Shown here in pieces: positions 55,506-64,000 of a stretch of 64,000 bases of DNA. This DNA is from the human T2T-CHM13v2.0 reference genome, Homo sapiens: NCBI RefSeq assembly GCF_009914755.1, contig NC_060936.1. One strand, 5' to 3'. The position numbers and the translations under genes are program-made. How positions within the stretch are numbered: the first letter of the stretch is position 1; every line of letters starts with the position of its first letter. Under the pieces are notes generated by a model. The model was given only the letters and a program-made list of their open reading frames with translations. It made no database searches and was not told the DNA's origin.

Positions 55506-56579
55506 TTTCTTCAAATAGACTCATAGGTAAAATTATCGGTTACTAAGAAGGAATTTTTAAAATACGGGATTTAGTGGTCTCTTTTGCTCCATTCTCAGTA
55601 TCGTGTAATAGAGGCGTGGAAAATGATGGTTCTAAATAATCACACAGCTCAAATAGAAGTACACGCCTAGGGAAGAATTTTGCTGGTGTCTTTATGTCCT
55701 GCTTTGGTTTAGTATTTCTAAGGGGAGCTGGATAGTACCAGGACACGGGTACTCTGGAAATGCATTCCAGTTATGCCTTTGCTGGAGACTTTCCTGGGAC
55801 ACACTGGGGCTATATAATATAACCTATATTGTAATTTTACTTGAGGAATTCACTAGGCAGATTAGCATAAATCAGGATTCTTTTCAACATGGCATAGTCA
55901 TTTTTACATAACAGGTCATTTGTTTCTGAACAGCTTCCTAGCCTGATATAGAATCTGTTTAGATTCTGCATTATATTTTCCGTTATTAAACCAGGGAAAT
56001 TTTGAAAAGACACTTATTTGTTGCTTGCTATATTGGCTGTATGCATACTCAGAAATGAATGCCAAATTGCTGTTGATTAATGAACAACTGGCCAGTTGCC
56101 TAGTTCAGAAAGAGGTGCATAGGCCTGGGGGAATAAAGTACATATATTTTGTTTAGGCAGGCAAGAATTTAAGGCCAGAGAAGTTGGCTAAAAATGAGAG
56201 GACCAGTTAGTTCTAGAAATCAAAACAGTTAAGATCTAGGGACAGTCATAAGTCATTGCCAGTAATAGTTATAGTCAGATAGACTCAAAGGTTCCCAGCT
56301 GCCCTCTTGTTGATTAGCTAAACCTCTGAGCCCCTAGGTGTTCATTATAGCCAGAAGCTCATCAGATGCCTGCAGATTACCTTTGCCCTAGTTGAGATGT
56401 TGACCTCTCAGGATGGGGAGAATTGGTTGAGTGAAGAGCTGCTCTCCTGGGCCATGTGTTTCACAGCAAACCAGGGAATGGATAATAAATATTTCTCGAA
56501 GAAGCTTTCTCTTCTATGATATTCTCCACCCCTGCATTGAGTACTCTTCTATATAAAGTCTTTTCATATATATGCATCC

Positions 56580-56912
56580 TTTATTGTTTTGTTTTATTTT
56601 ATTTTATTTTATTTTATTTTATTTTATTTTATTTTATTTTACCAAGACAGGGTCCTGCTCTGTTTCCCAGGCTGGAGAGCAGAGCTCACTGCAGTTTCAA
56701 CCTCCTAGGCTCAAACGATCTTCCCACCTCAGCTTCCTAAGTAAGCTGGGTCTACAGGCACATGCCACCATTCCCAGCAAATTTTTTTTATTTTTTTTGT
56801 AGAGATGGAGTTTTGCCATGTTGCCCAGGCTGATCTCGAACTCCTGGGCTCAAGCGATCTTCCCTTCTTGGCCTCCAAGAGTGCTGGGATTACAGGATTA
56901 CAGATGTGAGCC
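56580..56912 (-). mobile_element. AluJ with a (TTTTA)n microsatellite tail (~56585-56641)
   Basis: Antisense AluJ with a pentanucleotide repeat tail. Confidence 0.88.
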
Positions 56913-58325
56913 CATCCTGTTTTTTTTTAATTTACACTTTTTGTGTGGCTAAAAAAATTATTTCAGTCTTGGGATGGGGTGGAGACATGCTAATAAACTA
57001 GCTGTACTGCAGTCCTGTGATGACTGTGTGTGTTCATTGTTTTGCATTTGCAGTATGCTAGGATTTGTTTGGTATGCATATGGACGTGCTCTACCTGGCC
57101 TTGCACGGTGTTCCTTCCCCTAATAGTGGGCCCCAAAGAGAAGATATCTTACCCTGAGTTAACAATGGCAATGCTTCTACATTGTGTGCTCCAAGCCCCA
57201 CATTGCTAATTAGAAATGAAAAGCCTGTGCTTTTCAGAAGGCTCATTTTATGCCACATGACACATTTATTAATACTCCATGCCATAACTCGTTAAGAACT
57301 GTTCTGCCGCTCTTAATGGACCTTGTGCTGAAACACATTCAGTGGCTGTTGTTGTAAACTGATATTTCCCCTTGGGCAGTAACCGCAATCCAATTTCAAT
57401 TTCCCTTTTAACTCATTTACTTCACAAAGATCTAATTTGAGACAGATTAGGTAAAATATTATTGGACTTCATGGGCACCAAGTGATTGTTGTTTAAGAAG
57501 TATTGTAAAAACCCAAAGCTTGCTGTCCTTTCCACTATATCTAGGCTTTGAAGGATCTGGCGTTAGAGCGTAGTGTTGAACGAGAGAGGACAAATGTCCT
57601 TTTCTGGATTCCCACCAGAAGTTTAACGATGATTACAAACGTTTAATCAGCCATATGAAACATATATACATATATCTCTCTCAAAGTCAACCCATCACCA
57701 GTCATTCCTTTCCATTCTCCCATATTCACTGTTCTCCTGAGAACAGGGGATAAAAGTAGGGGAGATAGTGCAGGGAAAAGCATTGTGTGACGCAGTTCTG
57801 CCTTGGGGCTGCTCTATGCTCCCCCCTGCTGACATAAGTATGGTACTATCAAGCACTGTTGACCCTGGACTTGACAGACTTCAACATAAGGAAGCAGAAT
57901 AACTAACTCAAGAGAGTTCTACAAGGATAAAATGTGAGAGAATAAATAATAATAGGCTTTCTCCTCAAATTTATGGTTTGCTGCTTTGTTGCACTTAATC
58001 CTGGATGCTCTGTGAATTTTCTAAATCGTAGAATTACAGATATCAGTGCTGGAAAGGACCTGAGTATGCCCATCAGGCAGCCCTCTCTCTTATTTTATAG
58101 ACGAAGAAAATGAGATCTAGAGACATGCAGTGGCCCAGCCAGGCCATACAGTTAGGCAGAGGCAGGGAAGAAGGAGAACACAAATGTTTTAGCACATGAC
58201 CTGAGAGATGATCTAGTGGTTCCCCAAATCTGGTGAGCACAGATTCCTGGATTCTGCACACTTATTTAATAGAACACCTGGAGAAGGGATTTATGACTGT
58301 GTTTTTTAAAAAGCTACTCAGCCTA

Positions 58326-58640
<315 letters not shown>

Positions 58641-58647
58641 CTACTCA

Positions 58648-58804
58648 CCCCAGGTGCAGTGGCTCACAGCTATAATCATAATCCCAGCACTTTGGGAGGT
58701 CAAGGCAGGAGGATTGCATGAGGCCAGGAGTTCGAGACCAGCCTGGACAACATAGCAAGACCCTGTCTCTACAAAAAATAAAAATAAAAGATAAGACAAA
58801 ATAG
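58648..58804 (+). mobile_element. FLAM_C / Alu left monomer, inside a MER5-like remnant
   Basis: Single arm plus A-rich tail. TSD aaagcta(c/g)tca. Confidence 0.82.
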
Positions 58805-58871
58805 AAAGCTAGTCAGATGATTCTTATGCAGTCAGTCTGGACTTAGTCAGGAACTAATATTAGTGTATCCC

Positions 58872-59150
58872 CTGGGGCAGATCAGTTTTGCCATCTGTTT
58901 TTGTATGGCCCACAAGCTAAGAGTAGTTTACATTCTTAAATGGTTGGATGTGTGAAAATGATACGAAATTTAAATTTCTGTGTCCATAAAGTTTTACTGA
59001 AACACAGCCACTCTTCTTGGGTTGCATGTTGTCTATGGCTACTTTTACACCACAGTTACAGGGGTAAGTTGTTTTAACAGACACTGTATGGCCTACAAAG
59101 CCTGCAGTATTGACTGCCTGCGCCCTTTCAGAAAAAGCTTGCTGGTGCCG
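58872..59150. mobile_element. MER58B-like hAT-Charlie
   Basis: gtatggcccacaagctaagagtag...ataaagttttactgaaacacagcca...gtatggcctacaaagcctg. Confidence 0.8.
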
Positions 59151-59216
59151 GGTATATTACTTATCTCTTTCTCGTGTAACTACTGCAAGCCCCAGTATTA
59201 AAAGGGAAATTCCTAA

Positions 59217-59534
<318 letters not shown>

Positions 59535-60236
59535 GACTATCTTGCTTTTCAAAAAAGATCCATTGTGAAAAACTGCATGCAAATTATCTGTAAATCTAAT
59601 TATTTCAATAATAAAACATGTTTTATTGTAATACAATTTCCTACTAAAGTATGGGAGATTTACCTTCATTTCAGGAGTTTAGTGTGCTAGATGTTTATTT
59701 TTGTTAATAGAAAAACTGTTTTTATACTTGATGAAGATATAAGATGTAAATATTTAGAAAGGGGTGATGGTAAATGAGTTTTATTTTAAGTGCAACACTC
59801 AGTACCCAAATTAATTAGGAAATTTCTATTTCACACATCAAATGTCCTTAGTAAAGCCTTCTGCTTACAAAATCATAGTTTTTGAATTCACTAAAGATGC
59901 TTAGTTTCCCCCAGAATCATCAGTCTCCCACTTGACAGCTCATGACTGATCCTAATTCAGAATCCTACCTCCTAGTTTTTCTTCAACCAAGGTGTAACAG
60001 TTTCCATTTCCTAATGGCTTCCTTTTGTTTTTCTTCTTCTCCTTTTCCCTCACCTAAAACAACATAAGCATTTGTTCATGAACCAATCAACAGACATTTA
60101 TGAAGCACCTGCTGTATGCCAAGCACTGCAGGCACTGATTCAGTGATAGGAAATACCCTCCATGCTACCTCTAGACCTATATTTCCATCACGACCAAACC
60201 AAGAGACAAGAAAAATGGAAAGTATAGAGTACATTA

Positions 60237-60562
<326 letters not shown>

Positions 60563-61504
60563 AATAAAAATCCTGTTGCCTGTCTCCTAAGGAGAGGTTT
60601 TGTAGGTGATATTGTAAAGGCCTGGCCCGGTGGTTTTTAGGTCTTGGGGCATGGGCCAGTGCTTCTTTCATTGTTGCTTAGCTGCCCTATCTACCCCGGG
60701 GACTCAAATTTCTCATTCACCAGAGAATTTGTCTCCCACACCAACTTCATTCTTTGCCACGTTGCCACTGAACTGCCTCCCAATCTGGCACAGTGGAAGC
60801 TGTTGAGAGGCTCGAAGCTCGGCATAACATGCTGCTCTTTGCTGCGTGACCTTTGATAGGTGGTGTTCCTCTCCTGAGCTTTTGTTAAGTGTATAGAGGA
60901 TAATAATTCCTCCTTCACCCATACTTCATGGGAACCTCATGAAGTTGAATGAGGAGGTTATTTAAAAGGCTATTTTCATAGAGGGAGTTGCTGTAGAAAC
61001 ACAGAGAGGTACAAGTACTTCAGAGAAGGGGTTTGGGGGAAGCCCTGGGCTGTTTGTTTCTTTGAGAAGCCAAGATATGGAAGAGCTATAGCTCAGCCCT
61101 CGATATGTTTCAGATGAACCCTAGGTCTCCTACTTCTCTTTGCTTTTAGGATTAGGCTTTTTCTGCAGCATATCCCACCAGAACCAGTATGCTCCATTAC
61201 AGGAAGAATTTCACTGCAGTACAATGTCAAACACTAGGGATGGTGTAGTGGGCGTTTGTAGAATGAATCTAGCTCAATACTTTTCCATTGGGAAGAGAAT
61301 GACGTGACTCTGGTAGATTAGGAAAGGAAAGAATAGAAGATAAGAAAAGAACTTTAAAAAACATCACTAATACTGTGCATTGGGAGTACATAGGCTGATC
61401 ATTATTTTGGAACTGTGGAGGGAAGCATAAGATTGGTTCCTGCCCTCAAAGAACCAAAAGCCTAATTGTAGGGGATGGAGGTTAAAAAAAAAAAGGTGGG
61501 GGCT

Positions 61505-61985
61505 TTTCATAAATGACCTGTATCAGGTTAAGAAGGACCTCTATTACTAGTTTGTTGAGTACTTTTATTATGAAAGGTGTTGAATTTTGTCAAATGCTTT
61601 TTTCTGCATCTATTAAGATGATCATGTGGTTTTTCTCCTTTATTAATATGTTGCATTACATTGGTTGATTTTCAAATGCTAAACTATCTTTGCATTCCTG
61701 GGATAAATCCCACTTGGTCATGGTGTGCAACCCTTTTTATATGCTACTGGATTTGGTTTGCTGGCATTTTTGTTGAGGCTGTCTGTGTCTATATTCATAA
61801 GGGATGTTAGTATAGAGTTTTCTTATGATGTCTTTGGTTTTGTATCAAGGTAATACTGGCCTTTAGAATGAGTTTAGAAATGTTCTCTTCTATTTTGTGG
61901 GAGAGTTTGTTTAATTCTTTAAACATTTGGTAGAATTCATCAGCAAAACCGTCTGGTCCTGGGCTCTTCTTTGTGGAGGTTCATT
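61505..61985 (-). mobile_element. Old L1M ORF2 fragment
   Basis: gtgttgaattttgtcaaatgctttttctgcatctattaagatgatcatgtgg...gggataaatcccacttggtcatgg. Confidence 0.85.
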
Positions 61986-62329
61986 TTTTAATGCAAGGTA
62001 CAGAAGAGTATTTATGGAACAATCCCATGTGAGAGAGAGACTTTTTAAGGACATAGATGTATGCTTTTATTTACATAGAAAATTTCTAGAAGGATATACA
62101 AAAAAACTGGCATCGAAGGTTATCATTAGGTAATGAGATGGAACTTGGTCTTATGTTCCTTTTTTCTTTTAAAAAAATTATGATCATGCATTGCTCCAAA
62201 ATTTAAAAATAAAAAACTACTTAAAATGACTAGCATTTATTTGGCCATTTGCTCTTTCACTCACACAGTGAGATGTTAGGACTGTGTATCTGCCACTGGC
62301 CTGTCTCCTTAGGAACTTGCAGTCTAGTA

Positions 62330-63385
62330 GGCCCTTGCATCTCTCAGCTTCACAGTCTGCTCTCCCTCTTCCCTATTTTATTCTCCATCAACACTGAATT
62401 ACTGGTCAATTCCCTAAAAAAAACCTGCAGCTACATGCTACTATGCTTTCATATATGTGATTTTTGTTCCCTTACCTTTCCATCCCTTCTCACTAAATCT
62501 GCCCAATTAATTTTTCTTAATTCTTGTTTGTCCTTTAAAGCCCCTTCCAAATATTAGTTACCTTCCTTTGTGAACTTCCCAGCTCACTCTCTTTTTTATT
62601 TCCCAGCCAAGGGGAAAAAAATCTCTCCCTCCTGCTGCCTCTCATACATTATGCATATTTTTGTTATTGAACTTTGTACTTACCCTGCATCATAATTACT
62701 AGCTCACATATGTGTCTTCCCTAAAAGTACAGTTTTATTCAGTGTTGTGTCCTGGTAATTAGCACAATGCTTGGCACAGAATAGATGCTCAAAAATATTT
62801 TAATTCAATTGAATTCAGAACACAGGGCATTCTGGGTAGAATGAGCCACATAAACAAAGGCCAACGTTATGAATTATGAGAACCTGTTCCGAGGACATGA
62901 GCTAGTTTGGCTAGATGGGAACATTCATACTGGGAAATATGATTTAATTATTTTGGCAAGGCTGATATTGGGGGCTCTTGAAAGCCATATAAAGCAGATT
63001 GAATATTGGTAAGTAAATATTGATTGAATGAAGAACATTTCTCACTTCCTTCCAGTCTTTGCTGAAATCTCTCTTCTCAATAGGCTTATCCTGACCACCT
63101 CTTTAAAACTGTTGCCTCTTTATTCACCCATCCCCTGACTCCAGCATTCTTGATCTTCCTCTCCCTGTTCTTCCTCCTTTTCCCATAGCACTTGTCATCT
63201 TCTGTGTAGCACAGCCTATATGATTTACTCATTCATTACAGTTTTTATTTATTGTCTGTCTTTCCCACTAGAATTTAAACTCTTCGGGCCAAGACTATCT
63301 TGTTCACTGACCATTCCCAAGCACCTAGAACACTGTCTGACACATAGTAGGTGTCCAGTCAATATTTGTTGAGTGAATGAATCCT
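62330..63385 (+). mobile_element. L2 3' fragments (two sense termini, at ~62810 and ~63382)
   Basis: agcacaatgcttggcacagaatagatgctcaaaaat and cacctagaacactgtctgacacatagtaggtgtccagtcaatatttgttgagtgaatgaa. Confidence 0.7.
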
Positions 63386-63703
63386 AAATTAATGAACTTC
63401 AGTATCGTGTACAGAGCTGGCATAGAAGCTTAGGTATGATTCAAATGGCCTGTTTCTGAAAGAAACAAGTTTATTCTGTAAAACTGCCAAGATTGCATCA
63501 GCTATTTGTATTATAATCTGGGCAGGGCAGAGGGAGGGAGGTGGGGCAAACATTGTGTTAAGTTTGCTTGTTTAAAAACCAAGTTGGGAAGTAAAAAGTA
63601 TTAAAGACTTTTGAGTTTATGTATTCCTTACCTAGAAATCATTGTTTCATGTGGTGACTCATACCCATGCTTTAATAATTTCTCTCTCTTTCTTTCTCCA
63701 CAG

Positions 63704-63822
63704 ACCTTTGTAGTATTAAACAGAGGGAAAACTCTCTTCAGATTTAGTGCCACGCCTGCCTTGTACATTTTAAGTCCTTTTAACCTGATAAGAAGAATAG
63801 CTATTAAAATTTTGATACATTC
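63704..63822 (+). CDS. SCN8A: SCN8A second coding exon (119 nt; [40 protein letters not shown])
   Basis: Acceptor tctttctttctccacAG at 63703. In frame with the previous exon. Ends at cattc|ATATCCTTTT. Confidence 0.98.
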
Positions 63823-63832
63823 ATATCCTTTT
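63823..63832 (+). other. SCN8A: U12-type (AT-AC) intron 5' splice site
   Basis: ATATCCTTTT matches the minor-spliceosome donor consensus RTATCCTT. Sodium channel alpha-subunit genes are known to carry an AT-AC intron at this position. Confidence 0.95.
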
Positions 63833-64000
63833 CGGCAAATGTGGAGTGAGTGCGGCAATTGCATGGTTGCTTGTTTACCTTTCCAATATTTGACAACTGG
63901 ATTATATGTTAAGTTTTTTACTGATAGTGTAGTTAACTAGCCCATCAGTCAGAGGTTTAAGAGTGAACTCCTGCCACATCCCAAGCTAAGCTTCAGCAAA

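Noticed and set aside
57817-57833. Second CTCF-like motif (gtcagcaggggggagca on the minus strand)
   Set aside because: An extra G replaces the conserved C of the core, making it too weak to call.
63611-63940. 109-aa ORF read as a stand-alone gene
   Set aside because: Only 63704-63822 is exon; the flanks are intron.

Overview
Human (or great-ape) genomic DNA from the SCN8A (Nav1.6 voltage-gated sodium channel) locus, with the gene on the + strand. The window holds about 42 kb of the long intron upstream of the first coding exon, the first coding exon (42297-42626, ATG at 42351), a ~21 kb intron, the next coding exon (63704-63822) and the start of a U12-type AT-AC intron. Most of the rest is interspersed repeat: about 26 Alu-type elements, L1/L2/MIR fragments, a full-length Tigger1, a sense SVA and a complete THE1 provirus. 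The most unusual structure is a 689-bp MER9 (HERV-K HML-3) insertion at 30112-30800 with a U3 end at both termini. It consists of a full LTR plus exactly the 18-nt tRNA-Lys primer-binding site, joined to an inverted copy of the first 160 nt of U3, which fits an integrated fold-back of plus-strand strong-stop DNA. Repeat subfamily names were recognised by eye, and boundaries of old repeats are approximate.
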